Shown here: one piece after another, positions 15,260 to 24,233 of the stretch
Numbering within the stretch: position 1 is the stretch's first letter
Layout: each line of letters opens with the position of its first letter
Assembly: GCA_002716355.1 (NCBI GenBank)
Contig: PBAU01000002.1
Coordinates: 30,001 to 62,000, forward strand
Reading direction: 5' to 3'
Length of the DNA stretch: 32,000 bases
DNA from: a bacterium
GTDB lineage: Bacteria; UBP7; UBA6624
The notes under the pieces: model-generated
Told to the model about the DNA's origin: nothing
What the model saw: only the letters and a program-made list of their open reading frames with translations
Databases searched by the model: none
Position numbers and translations under genes: made by a program

Positions 15260-16399
15260 ATGAATTCGAAAAAAATAAATCAGAAACAAAAAAAATCATT
15301 TGGGGTCGATCAACAAACAGCATTTGAAGTTCTGTATCATCCATTATTGAAAGCCAGGTTGCTTGACGAAAGAATGGTCAAGCTTTTTAATCAAGGTAGA
15401 TTTGGTGGTACATATTTTAGTGGTTGTGGTCAAGAGGCAACAAATGTTGGTGCAGGTGTTCACATGGTTGAAGGTGACATACTTGCTCCATCACATAGGC
15501 AACTAGGGGCCATGGTTGCTAGAGGTATAACCGCTAAAAGAGTGTTAGCACAAGTTTATTCAACAGCTGAATCGCCAGATGGAGCTCAGCAGCACCCATG
15601 TCACTTTGGAGACCCGGAACTTGATATTGTTAGTCCCACAGGACATGTGGCGATACAGGTTGTTTTAGCTGCAGGTTCAGCCTACGCATATCTTTTAGAT
15701 GCGTACAGAAAAGGCGATGTGAAAATCAATTGGGACAAAGATGGAATCGTATGGGCTGGAAACTGGACGCTTAAAAAGGGATCCAAGCTCAATTGCGCTT
15801 TTGCATTTTTTGGAGATGGCGCAACAGCAAAAGGGGATTTTCATGAGTCTGTGAATTTTGCTGGAATACACAAATTACCAGTAATTTACATGGCTGAAAA
15901 TAATATATGGGCAGAGTCTGTTCACGTTACCGAGAATGTGCCTGTTGAGAGGTTAAGCGATAGAGCAGCTGCATATGGAATGCCCGGAGTTACTGTTGAT
16001 GGTCAGAATGTTTTTGAGGTTTATCACGCAGTGCAGGAGGCAGTTGAACGTGCTCGCTCTGGTGGCGGGCCAACCCTTGTTGAATGCTTGACTTATCGTT
16101 ACCATGGACATTCCATGATTGATCCAGCTGATTATCGAACAGATGAAGAGGTTGAAAAATGGAAAAAGAGAGATCCTTTAATTGTTTTTGAACAGGTAGC
16201 TAAAGAGGATGGGATTTGGAGCGATAAACTCGCAAAGGAAACAGAAGACAGAATCAATAATGAGATTGAAGAGGCGATTGATTGGGTTGAAGATGAATCA
16301 ACTAAACCCAAACCCGATCAATTCATTGATGTAACCTTTAGAGATCCAAAATTTAATGATGCAATTCGCAAGAGATGGGAGAAGAGAAAAAATGTCTAG
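15260..16399 (+). CDS. 2-oxoacid dehydrogenase E1 component, alpha subunit (TPP-dependent; PDH/BCKDH/acetoin type not resolved)
   Basis: TPP motif FFGDGATAKGDFHESVNFAGIHKLPVIYMAENNIWAES and YRYHGHSMIDPADYR. Confidence 0.9.
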   Translation: MNSKKINQKQKKSFGVDQQTAFEVLYHPLLKARLLDERMVKLFNQGRFGGTYFSGCGQEATNVGAGVHMVEGDILAPSHRQLGAMVARGITAKRVLAQVYSTAESPDGAQQHPCHFGDPELDIVSPTGHVAIQVVLAAGSAYAYLLDAYRKGDVKINWDKDGIVWAGNWTLKKGSKLNCAFAFFGDGATAKGDFHESVNFAGIHKLPVIYMAENNIWAESVHVTENVPVERLSDRAAAYGMPGVTVDGQNVFEVYHAVQEAVERARSGGGPTLVECLTYRYHGHSMIDPADYRTDEEVEKWKKRDPLIVFEQVAKEDGIWSDKLAKETEDRINNEIEEAIDWVEDESTKPKPDQFIDVTFRDPKFNDAIRKRWEKRKNV

Positions 16400-17423
16400 T
16401 AAAAATATTAGTTATATCCAGGCAATTACAGACACAATGTGGTCTGAAATGGAAATTGATGAAACGGTTTTTGTCTTAGGTCAAGATTGTGGAAGATATG
16501 GAGGCGTGTTTAAAGCCACAGCCTGGAGGTCGGAAAAAGACGGCAAACCTGATTTAAGTAAAAAAATGTATGATGAATTTGGACCATTGAGAGTTCTTGA
16601 TGCACCTTTGGCAGAAAATGCAATCATCGGTGGTGCAATTGGTGCCGCTTTGTCTGGTTATAGGCCAATTGCTGAGATTCAATTTATGGATTTTATTGAT
16701 TGTGCTATGGGCCATATCGTGAACCAAGCAGGCACTATCTCTTTTAAGACTAATGGTAGTTGGTGTTGCCCAATTACAATTCGCACCCCTTATGGTGGAG
16801 GTATTGGCGGTGGTATGACCCATAGCCAAAGCAATGAAGCTTGGTTTTGTCATGCTGGTGGTCTAGTTGTAACCGCACCCAGCACACCAAGAGATGCAGC
16901 AGGGCTTTTAAGATCCTGCATTAGGGCAGATGATCCTTGTGTGTATATTGAGCACAAAGGTTTATATCGAGCTATAACTGGTGATGTGCCTGATGATCCC
17001 AACTTCACTATTGAATTAGGAAAAGGAAAAGTTGTTCGAGAGGGTAGTGATATTACATTGATTTCTTATGGCGCCATGTTGCACAAATGCTTAAGTGTTG
17101 CAGAAAAACTTGAATCTGAAGGCGCCAGTGTTGAGATTATTGATCCTCGAACATTATGGCCAATGGATGAAGATTTAATGATTAACTCTGCTTGTAAAAC
17201 AGGCAGGTGTGTGGTTGTTGCTGAGTCACATGCGGCGTATGGTTTCACTAGCGAGGTTGCCGCAAGAGTGCAAGAGGGTGCCTTTTGGAACCTATTAACA
17301 CCAATTCGTACTATTGCAGGACCAGACACACCCTTCCCTTTTGAACCGGGAATGGAGGCTGCTTATCTGCCTTCAGATGATGAAATATACAACTCTTGTA
17401 AAAGAGCGTTGGGGGACGGATAA
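16392..17423 (+). CDS. 2-oxoacid dehydrogenase E1 component, beta subunit
   Basis: N-terminus ISYIQAITDTMWSEMEIDETVFVLGQDCGRYGGVFKAT, APLAENAIIGGAIGAA and IQFMDF. I trimmed the track start (16356) to the ATG at 16392, giving an 8-nt overlap with E1 alpha. Confidence 0.9.
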   Translation: MSSKNISYIQAITDTMWSEMEIDETVFVLGQDCGRYGGVFKATAWRSEKDGKPDLSKKMYDEFGPLRVLDAPLAENAIIGGAIGAALSGYRPIAEIQFMDFIDCAMGHIVNQAGTISFKTNGSWCCPITIRTPYGGGIGGGMTHSQSNEAWFCHAGGLVVTAPSTPRDAAGLLRSCIRADDPCVYIEHKGLYRAITGDVPDDPNFTIELGKGKVVREGSDITLISYGAMLHKCLSVAEKLESEGASVEIIDPRTLWPMDEDLMINSACKTGRCVVVAESHAAYGFTSEVAARVQEGAFWNLLTPIRTIAGPDTPFPFEPGMEAAYLPSDDEIYNSCKRALGDG

Positions 17424-18661
17424 TGCCAATTAAAGTTCCAGTTCCCGATCTAGGTGTTTCTGTTGTTGAAGCCAAAGTGGCCGAATGGAAGAAAAAAATA
17501 GGTGATGATGTTGTTCGTGATGAAGAGATTGGTATATTGGAAACAGACAAGATAACAACCCCAATTACAGCATTCAAAGAAGGGAAACTTGTAGCACTTT
17601 TTGCAAAACCTGGGGATACCGTTCCCGTGGGACAAACTATAGCAATTATCCAAAAAGTTGGAGAAAATTTATCCCAAGAAGATATTGATAAGTTGAATCC
17701 ACATGGTTCAAAACCGACACCGGAACCGACACCGGAACCGACACCGGAACCCATTAAAACAACTGTTGACACCAAACGTCAAGGCTCAAATCCCCAAACC
17801 CTTAAAACCAGTCCAGCTGTTAGAAGGTATGCGAGTGAGAATGACATTAACCTGGTTGATGTTCAAGGCACTGGCTCTAATGGAAGAATCCAAATGGCTG
17901 ATGTTTTAGCGTTTAAAAAACCAATCAAATCTACGGGTTTAAATTTAGAACCTGATAATACTGAATCCAGAAGTCCTGTCAGCAGCTCCATGGCTGTTAT
18001 GGCAAAACATATGGTTCACTCAGTGTCAACCAGCCCGCATTTTTTAATTGTTGATGAACTTGACATGACTGAAACATTGGCTGTATATAAGAATTTAAAA
18101 CCAAAATTGCAAGAAAGCGGAATCAGGTTAACACTCATGAGCTTTTTTGTCAGAGCAGCAGCACAAGCGCTTAAGGATTTTCCAAGAATGAATGTTTCTC
18201 TTGAAAAAGACACTTTGATAACCAAGAATTATAGAAATATAGGAATGGCAGCTAGTGTTGGGGAAAGTTTGATAGTGCCTGTTATCAAGAATGCTGATCT
18301 TTTAAATATTGAAAATCTTGCAGCTGAAATCAACAGATTGTCTATTGCCGCTCAGGAAAACAAATTAACAATGCAAGACATTACAGGTGGAACATTCACA
18401 ATCACCAATGCAGGCATGTTTGGAGGCCCGTTATTTTCAGCACCTATTATCAATCAGCCTGAAGCGGCTATATTGGGTATTCACACAGTGAAAGAAAGAG
18501 CTGTTGTTGAGAATGGAAATATTGTTGTAAAACCAATGGTTTATGTATCCCTTTCAAGTGATCACAGAATGGTAGATGGCGTTTTAGCTGTTAGGTTTTT
18601 ATGCAGGGTTAAAGAGTTGCTTCAGCATCCAGGCTTAATGGCAACTGGACCTCTTTTATGA
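17423..18661 (+). CDS. dihydrolipoamide acyltransferase (E2) with one lipoyl domain, PSBD and catalytic domain
   Basis: Lipoyl-lysine context ILETDKITTPI. (PTPE)3 linker. PSBD SPAVRRYASENDINLVDVQGTGSNGRI. Catalytic motif SLSSDHRMVDG. TAATG overlap with E1 beta. Confidence 0.93.
   Translation: MPIKVPVPDLGVSVVEAKVAEWKKKIGDDVVRDEEIGILETDKITTPITAFKEGKLVALFAKPGDTVPVGQTIAIIQKVGENLSQEDIDKLNPHGSKPTPEPTPEPTPEPIKTTVDTKRQGSNPQTLKTSPAVRRYASENDINLVDVQGTGSNGRIQMADVLAFKKPIKSTGLNLEPDNTESRSPVSSSMAVMAKHMVHSVSTSPHFLIVDELDMTETLAVYKNLKPKLQESGIRLTLMSFFVRAAAQALKDFPRMNVSLEKDTLITKNYRNIGMAASVGESLIVPVIKNADLLNIENLAAEINRLSIAAQENKLTMQDITGGTFTITNAGMFGGPLFSAPIINQPEAAILGIHTVKERAVVENGNIVVKPMVYVSLSSDHRMVDGVLAVRFLCRVKELLQHPGLMATGPLL
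17712..17751 (+). repeat. 12-nt tandem repeat (AACCGACACCGG x3.3) encoding the Pro/Thr/Glu linker of E2
   Basis: Read directly: aaccgacaccgg aaccgacaccgg aaccgacaccgg aacc. It translates to PTPEPTPEPTPEP. Confidence 0.9.
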
Positions 18662-20034
18662 AATATGACTTGGTTGTGATAGGTGCTGGCCCAGGTGGCT
18701 ATGTGTGTGCTTTACGGGCAGCACAACTCGGCTTAAAGGTAGCTGTTGTTGAAAAGAAAAAAGCGGGTGGAACATGTTTGAATGTTGGTTGCATACCATC
18801 TAAAGCTTTATTGGATTCAACAGAAATTTTTTCTGAAATTTCACCAGGGAACGAACATGGAATAGAGGTCAGCAAAGCTAACATTAACTGGTCGACCCTG
18901 CAATCCAGAAGGGAAAAAATTGTTACCCAATTAACAGGTGGTGTTGAATTTCTTTTAAAAAAGGCTAAGGTTGATTATTATCAAGGATTTGCAGATGTGA
19001 AATCTTGTTATACGGTTGTTGTTGGCAGGAATAATCTTGCAACTAAAAATGTTGTTTTGGCCACCGGATCCACACCTGTAGAAATTCCATTTTTGCCATT
19101 TGATGGAGAACATGTTATAAGTTCAACCGAAGCTCTTAATCAATTCAATATACCCAAAAGTCTTATTGTTGTTGGAGGAGGTTATATAGGGTTAGAAATG
19201 GCCAGTGTTTACAGCCGAATCGGAACCCATGTCACAGTAATTGAGATGATGGATCGGATTGTTCCATTGATGGATACAGATATAAGCAAGCAGTTGCAAA
19301 AATCATTAAGAAAACAAGGCATCAAGTTTAAAACATCAACCAAGGTGACCGATTGCAAGAAAACAAAAAATAAAATTATTTTAAATTTAGAAAAAAACAA
19401 AAAAACAAGCACACAGGAGGCTGATCAAGTTCTTGTTGCTGTAGGTCGTCGGCCTAATGCAGGGGGTATTAACCTCAATGCTTTAGGAGTCACAATGGAT
19501 GAGAGGGGGTTTGTTTCTGTAAATCAAAACATGGAAACATCCATACCTGGTATTTATGCCATAGGCGATTTGGTTCCAGGTCCCATGCTTGCACATAAAG
19601 CCAGTGAGGAAGGGGTGGTTGTTGCCGAAAGAATTGCTGGCAAGCAAACAACACTTGACTATAGCTTGATTCCATCTGTAGTTTACACACACCCTGAAGG
19701 CGCTTCTATTGGTAGAACCGCAGATGAGCTTAAAAAAGCCAACGTAGAATTTAAAACAGGTATGTTTCCGTTTTCTGCATCCGGAAGAGCTATGGCTATA
19801 GGTTGTACTGAAGGTTTTGTTAAGGTGTTAGCAGATTCCAAAACCGATAAGGTTTTAGGGGTCCATATATTAGGGCCGAAAGCTTCAGAATTAATATCTG
19901 AAGCAGCAATGGTGATGGGCTTCTGTGGCACTGCTGAAGACATAGGTGTGTTTATTCACGCGCACCCAACACTTTCGGAAGCATTAAAAGAAGCCGCTCT
20001 TGAAGCTTCTGGTCATGGTGCGATTCATACCTAA
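18658..20034 (+). CDS. lpdA: dihydrolipoyl dehydrogenase (E3)
   Basis: FAD motif VVIGAGPGGY, redox disulfide GGTCLNVGCIPSK, NAD motif VVGGGYIGLE, and C-terminal HAHPTLSE. Confidence 0.95.
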   Translation: MKYDLVVIGAGPGGYVCALRAAQLGLKVAVVEKKKAGGTCLNVGCIPSKALLDSTEIFSEISPGNEHGIEVSKANINWSTLQSRREKIVTQLTGGVEFLLKKAKVDYYQGFADVKSCYTVVVGRNNLATKNVVLATGSTPVEIPFLPFDGEHVISSTEALNQFNIPKSLIVVGGGYIGLEMASVYSRIGTHVTVIEMMDRIVPLMDTDISKQLQKSLRKQGIKFKTSTKVTDCKKTKNKIILNLEKNKKTSTQEADQVLVAVGRRPNAGGINLNALGVTMDERGFVSVNQNMETSIPGIYAIGDLVPGPMLAHKASEEGVVVAERIAGKQTTLDYSLIPSVVYTHPEGASIGRTADELKKANVEFKTGMFPFSASGRAMAIGCTEGFVKVLADSKTDKVLGVHILGPKASELISEAAMVMGFCGTAEDIGVFIHAHPTLSEALKEAALEASGHGAIHT

Positions 20035-20044
20035 GGAGAAAACA

Positions 20045-20224
20045 ATGTTTGGATTTATTTTTGCTTTAGGACCAACAGAAATTGCTTTAATTGCAGTTGT
20101 TGTTTTGGTTCTTTTTGGACCCAAAAAAGTTACAGAATTCGCAAGATCTCTAGGAAGAACTAGTGGTGAATTCAAAAAAGGACTTGAAGAGGGTAAAAAG
20201 ACAACAAAAGATAAAGAGGAGTAA
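20045..20224 (+). CDS. tatA: twin-arginine translocase TatA/E family protein
   Basis: MFGFIFALGPTEIALIAVVVLVLFGPKKVTEFARSLGRTSGEFKKG (the LFGPKK hinge is typical). AAGGAG lies 6-7 nt upstream of the ATG at 20045. The track start at 20000 overlaps lpdA. Confidence 0.9.
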   Translation: MFGFIFALGPTEIALIAVVVLVLFGPKKVTEFARSLGRTSGEFKKGLEEGKKTTKDKEE

Positions 20225-20233
20225 AGCTGCTGT

Positions 20234-20944
20234 ATGCAAGACAAAAAAATGCCTCTGTCCGAGCATTTTGCTGATCTGCAAAAAACTTTATTAAACAGTC
20301 TTCTTTATTGTTTTTTTGCCTCTGTTTTGCTGTCCTTTTTTCATAAGGAATTATTAATTGCTTTTCAAAAACCACTAAACAATGTCGGAATTACTGCGTT
20401 AAATGTTTTATCTCCACAAGAGGGGTTCCTCATCCCCATCAAGTTGGTTTTAATGTGTGGTTTAATTGTGGCAACACCTTTGATTGTTAGAGAGGTTACC
20501 TTATTTGCCTGGCCCGCATTAAGGCAAAATGAAAAACAAATACTTCAAACTTTTGTAATCCCAAGTTTTTTAATTGCACTTGTTGCAGCGTTTTTTGCTT
20601 GGCAGGTTTTAATACCAATATCAATTGAATTTCTGCTCAAGGCAACAACAAACAATAACCTACAAGCAACATGGACATTGCAATATTGGTTTGTTTTTGT
20701 TCAATCTATGTTGATTGCCTCTGTGGCTGCTTTTCAACTGCCAATAGTCATGGGGGTTTTAGCTAAATTCGGCTTAATTGACTCACATACGGTCCGGGAA
20801 AAAGGCCCACATGCAATTATTGGGCTATTGATATTATCTGGTTTTATAACCCCTCCAGATGTTGTCACGCAGATCATTATCGCCATACCATTAATCCTTC
20901 TGTTTTATTTCAGTATTTTCATAGTCAAGGCAAACGAGGATTAA
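20234..20944 (+). CDS. tatC: twin-arginine translocase subunit TatC
   Basis: N-terminus MPLSEHFADLQKTLL (TatC-type HL.ELR region). Six hydrophobic segments. ITPPDVVTQ (the conserved P.D..sQ motif). Confidence 0.88.
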   Translation: MQDKKMPLSEHFADLQKTLLNSLLYCFFASVLLSFFHKELLIAFQKPLNNVGITALNVLSPQEGFLIPIKLVLMCGLIVATPLIVREVTLFAWPALRQNEKQILQTFVIPSFLIALVAAFFAWQVLIPISIEFLLKATTNNNLQATWTLQYWFVFVQSMLIASVAAFQLPIVMGVLAKFGLIDSHTVREKGPHAIIGLLILSGFITPPDVVTQIIIAIPLILLFYFSIFIVKANED

Positions 20945-21013
20945 ATCTAAAATTAATTCAGGTTTTTCAATAGAATTAAAAAGTTGTAGATTTGTACAAA
21001 TGGAGGAAAAATT

Positions 21014-23335
21014 ATGGCACGAATAGGTGTTTTTCTTAGCAAAGAGGGAAAAGGTTTAGATCCGCTTAACCTACAAACCATTGCTGACAGATTGGTTGAG
21101 GAAGTGCAGGAGATAAACCATGTTTTTATACATGAAGACCTCAACACAGTTCAAGGTTTGGAAGCAATATCACAAGAGATCAAAAATCAAGATATTGGCT
21201 ATGTTGTTATCGGTTGTGGCTCTATTGATCAAAGGGAAGAGAATATCAGAAAAACATTGAATACAGCTGGCATTAACGAATACCTTTTGGAGGTTGTTAA
21301 TCTTAAAGAAATGGTAGCTAACGTGCATTCAGAAGAGCCCGAGAAAGCCAATGAAAAAGCTTTTCAGCTATTGAAAACAGCAGTTATCAAGGTTGAGCAA
21401 AGTAAACCTTTAGAAAAAACACCAATGAGGGTGGAACAACAAGTTTTAGTTGTTGGCGGCGGTGTTGCAGGCATGACTGCTTCTTTGAGAATTGCAGATG
21501 CTGGCTACAGTGTTGTTTTAGTTGAAAAGTCACCTGCATTAGGTGGAAAAGTTGCCTCTCTCAAAAATCTTTGGCCAAAACTCGAAGAGGCAGATGACTT
21601 AATGAGGAATCTTTCAATCAGTTGTCATCAACATGAAAATATAGTTATTTATGATTATTCAGAAGTTAAATCTATAGACGGAGTTCGTGGGGATTTTGAT
21701 GTTGAAATAGTCAGAAAACCAAGATTTGTTCAAAGTCAAAAAATTGTAAATTTTGAAAAAATTACAGAATCATTAAAAACGGATTTTCCAAATAAGCACA
21801 CCGGAGGCAGGACGGTGAACAAGGTTCTTTATCAACCATACGCAGGCTGTGTCCCACCATTGTTTTTGATAGACCCAGAAAATATAAATCATCCAGATGT
21901 CAAAAAGTTAATCACACTTGTTCCTGATGGAACTGTGAATCAGAACGAAAAGGAAAAAATCGTTCATGAAAAAGCAGGTGCTGTGATTATGGCTTTTGGA
22001 GCTGGGATGATGGATTGTTCTGGCTTAACAAATTTAACTGCTGCAAATAGTGAAAATGTACACAGTGCTAGTGATTTTGAATTTTTGAATTTCAAAAAAG
22101 ACGAAGAAATGTCGTTGTTATGGGTTGCAGATGCAGGAAGCAATGATCCCAAGAACGGTGTTGCTTACGCTTCCGAAGTGCCTTTGATGACCTGTGTCAA
22201 ACAGGCTATTTTTGCTAAAAAAATGTCTAATGGAAAAATTCACACAACAGTTGTTTACTCAGATAGGAGATCCAGAACAAAAGGATATGAAGAATTTATC
22301 AAAACCGCTGAGGAAAAATACCAGGTACAGATGGTTAGAGGCGCTGTTTCAAATGTAACTTCAAAGTCAAACGGGTTGTCTGTCAGCTTGCACGATTTAA
22401 TACAGGGCAAAGAGCAAAAGGTATCAGTTGACAAGGTTGTTTTGGCACAAGAGGTTGTTGCACACGATGATTCACAACATCTAGCAAGTATTGTTGATAT
22501 AGGTCGTGACGAAACAGGCTTTCTTGCTGAAACCCATCCTTCTCTGGAGCCATGTTCAACCAGTAATTCTGGAGTTTTTGTTTGTGGAGACTGTGCGTCT
22601 CCCGGTGATATCAGAGCTGCTGTTTTGACAGCTGAATCAGCAGTTGCTAAAGCTATGGCCGTTTTGGCCCAAAAAACAAGTGAGCCCTACAGGTTAAAAC
22701 AAAAAGATGAGCAACTTGCACGATTTGATGCTCCAGCAAAAGAGGTTTCTCCTGAGAGCTTTCAAACAAATGATGAAGGTGGCATGAATTACACAAGATT
22801 AAATAATGTTTTTGGTAAAACTGAAAGCGGTGTGTCCATACCAGCCTCACCAACCAGAAACATTGAACTTGCTGGTTGGGAGCTTTCTAAGTCAATTGCA
22901 GAAATTGAAAATATTTGGACAGATGCAAAAAATGACAACTGGGAACCAAGAATAACAGGATTTGCATCACAGTATGGTGGTTATCCACTTTTGGAAACAC
23001 TTGGAAGAGAGGAGGTTTCTTATTCATCTTGTTTTAGATTTCTGAGAGTGCGCTCAACAGCACATCTGGATCCACTCCTTGTCCTCAAAAGCTTCTTTAA
23101 TGGTGCAGATGGTGTGTTTATTATTGGTGGACCTTTAGGCAAAGGCAAGTTTCACAACGACAACTACCTTGCAAAAAGAAGATTTAAAGCATTAGAAGGG
23201 GTGCTTGATGCTGGTGGGATTGAGCCAGATAGAGTCAAGATTTTATTTGTAGATTCTCACCAAATTGATGAAGTTGCTGATCAGTTGCAAAAATTCCATA
23301 ATGCTGTCTCTAGCTTAGGCCCTTTAGGTATTTGA
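21014..23335 (+). CDS. HdrA-like FAD flavoprotein fused to a C-terminal MvhD/FlpD-like domain; canonical Fe-S cysteine ligands absent
   Basis: GGAGG lies ~7 nt upstream of the ATG. The bacterial HdrA N-domain pattern is recognisable but Cys-poor: IGVFLSKEGKG replaces IGVFiCHCGxNI, and EVVNLKEMVANVH replaces NIRExCSWVH. The FAD dinucleotide motif VLVVGGGVAGMTASLRIADAGYSVVLVEKSPALGGK and the C-terminal GVFVCGDCASPGDIRAAV are kept. The C-terminal 130 aa align to MvhD (see findings). Confidence 0.75.
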   Translation: MARIGVFLSKEGKGLDPLNLQTIADRLVEEVQEINHVFIHEDLNTVQGLEAISQEIKNQDIGYVVIGCGSIDQREENIRKTLNTAGINEYLLEVVNLKEMVANVHSEEPEKANEKAFQLLKTAVIKVEQSKPLEKTPMRVEQQVLVVGGGVAGMTASLRIADAGYSVVLVEKSPALGGKVASLKNLWPKLEEADDLMRNLSISCHQHENIVIYDYSEVKSIDGVRGDFDVEIVRKPRFVQSQKIVNFEKITESLKTDFPNKHTGGRTVNKVLYQPYAGCVPPLFLIDPENINHPDVKKLITLVPDGTVNQNEKEKIVHEKAGAVIMAFGAGMMDCSGLTNLTAANSENVHSASDFEFLNFKKDEEMSLLWVADAGSNDPKNGVAYASEVPLMTCVKQAIFAKKMSNGKIHTTVVYSDRRSRTKGYEEFIKTAEEKYQVQMVRGAVSNVTSKSNGLSVSLHDLIQGKEQKVSVDKVVLAQEVVAHDDSQHLASIVDIGRDETGFLAETHPSLEPCSTSNSGVFVCGDCASPGDIRAAVLTAESAVAKAMAVLAQKTSEPYRLKQKDEQLARFDAPAKEVSPESFQTNDEGGMNYTRLNNVFGKTESGVSIPASPTRNIELAGWELSKSIAEIENIWTDAKNDNWEPRITGFASQYGGYPLLETLGREEVSYSSCFRFLRVRSTAHLDPLLVLKSFFNGADGVFIIGGPLGKGKFHNDNYLAKRRFKALEGVLDAGGIEPDRVKILFVDSHQIDEVADQLQKFHNAVSSLGPLGI

Positions 23336-23338
23336 AAC

Positions 23339-24232
23339 ATGAATGAAATGAGAATAACAATCCAACGAGAAGCCAGAAGGCTTTTACAGCTGCAAAAAGT
23401 CAGCGTTGTTATAGGTTATGAGGTTGGTCCATACCCTGGCACGACCGCTCCCTGTTTCGCTTTCACCCCAGATGACGCTCAAAGAATTGTTTTCAATAGC
23501 TTTTCGTCTATCAATTTAGCCGTTTATCTTCCAGGCATTACTGGAAATGTTGGCATAGTGGCCACACCTGCAACTGTAAGATCCATCAAAGAGCTCGAAA
23601 AAGACGGCTTGGTGAATCGTAAAAATCTGCATATTATTGGTGTGAAATTTCCAGGAATATTAGATCCTCGACATTTAAATGTTGACAGAGAGAACGAAAA
23701 TACGTTATCAGTCAATGAGCATCCAGAAGCTTTATGGGAGTGGGCACTTCATGATCTTTACGAGGAGCCAGAAGATTATGACATACTTGTTGAGCCCAGG
23801 TGGATGAATGACCTCAGTAAAGCCGGCAAACTAAAAAAACCCACCCCAAACCGTACCAGCGTTGAAAGGTTAGAGCAGATGACTCATCACGAAAGAAGGC
23901 TATACTGGATGAGTTATTTTGAAAAACATAGGCATTCAGACCATAATAAAAATTTATTTCCTTCCACTTATGCGGGAGGAGACCATTTAGAAAAGTTTAA
24001 ATATATCAAATCTGCATATAGCTCGAACGAGCTTTTTTACGAACATCTTTCATGGGTTTACCAATCGATGGGTCGAGCTTCTGGCTTCGATCTCTCAGAC
24101 CTTACAGAGGACATGAATCAAATACCCCTTTCAACAATTCGAGCTTGGGCTGCTAGAGAGTTTAGAAAAAATTTTAATTACAGGCCAGGTGGGGAAGAGC
24201 CAAATCCATTACTGAAAAAGGAAAACATATAA
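23339..24232 (+). CDS. FrhB/FdhB-like protein, cysteine-depleted (one Cys in 297 aa); function unknown
   Basis: N-terminal half: ARRLLQLQKVSVVIGYEV........NVGIVATPATVRSIKELEKDGLVNRKNLHIIGVKFPG. This resembles the F420-hydrogenase-beta-like pattern (..vd.vig ... vavvGtPCqi.al..l......l.iGl.C.G) with both Cys substituted. It starts 3 nt after the HdrA-like stop. I do not recognise the C-terminal half. Confidence 0.55.
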   Translation: MNEMRITIQREARRLLQLQKVSVVIGYEVGPYPGTTAPCFAFTPDDAQRIVFNSFSSINLAVYLPGITGNVGIVATPATVRSIKELEKDGLVNRKNLHIIGVKFPGILDPRHLNVDRENENTLSVNEHPEALWEWALHDLYEEPEDYDILVEPRWMNDLSKAGKLKKPTPNRTSVERLEQMTHHERRLYWMSYFEKHRHSDHNKNLFPSTYAGGDHLEKFKYIKSAYSSNELFYEHLSWVYQSMGRASGFDLSDLTEDMNQIPLSTIRAWAAREFRKNFNYRPGGEEPNPLLKKENI

Positions 24233-24233
24233 C

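Noticed and set aside
17311-17775. 154-aa minus-strand ORF containing GSGVGSGVGSGVG
   Set aside because: It is antisense to the E1 beta and E2 genes. The repeat is just the reverse complement of the E2 (PTPE)3 linker repeat, and I see no independent coding signal.
23339-23420. Possible twin-arginine signal (REARRLLQL) in the gene downstream of tatAC
   Set aside because: The RR is not followed by a hydrophobic h-region or an AxA site. The segment aligns with a conserved cytoplasmic-domain N-terminus (a..ll..g.vd.vig), so proximity to tatAC looks coincidental.
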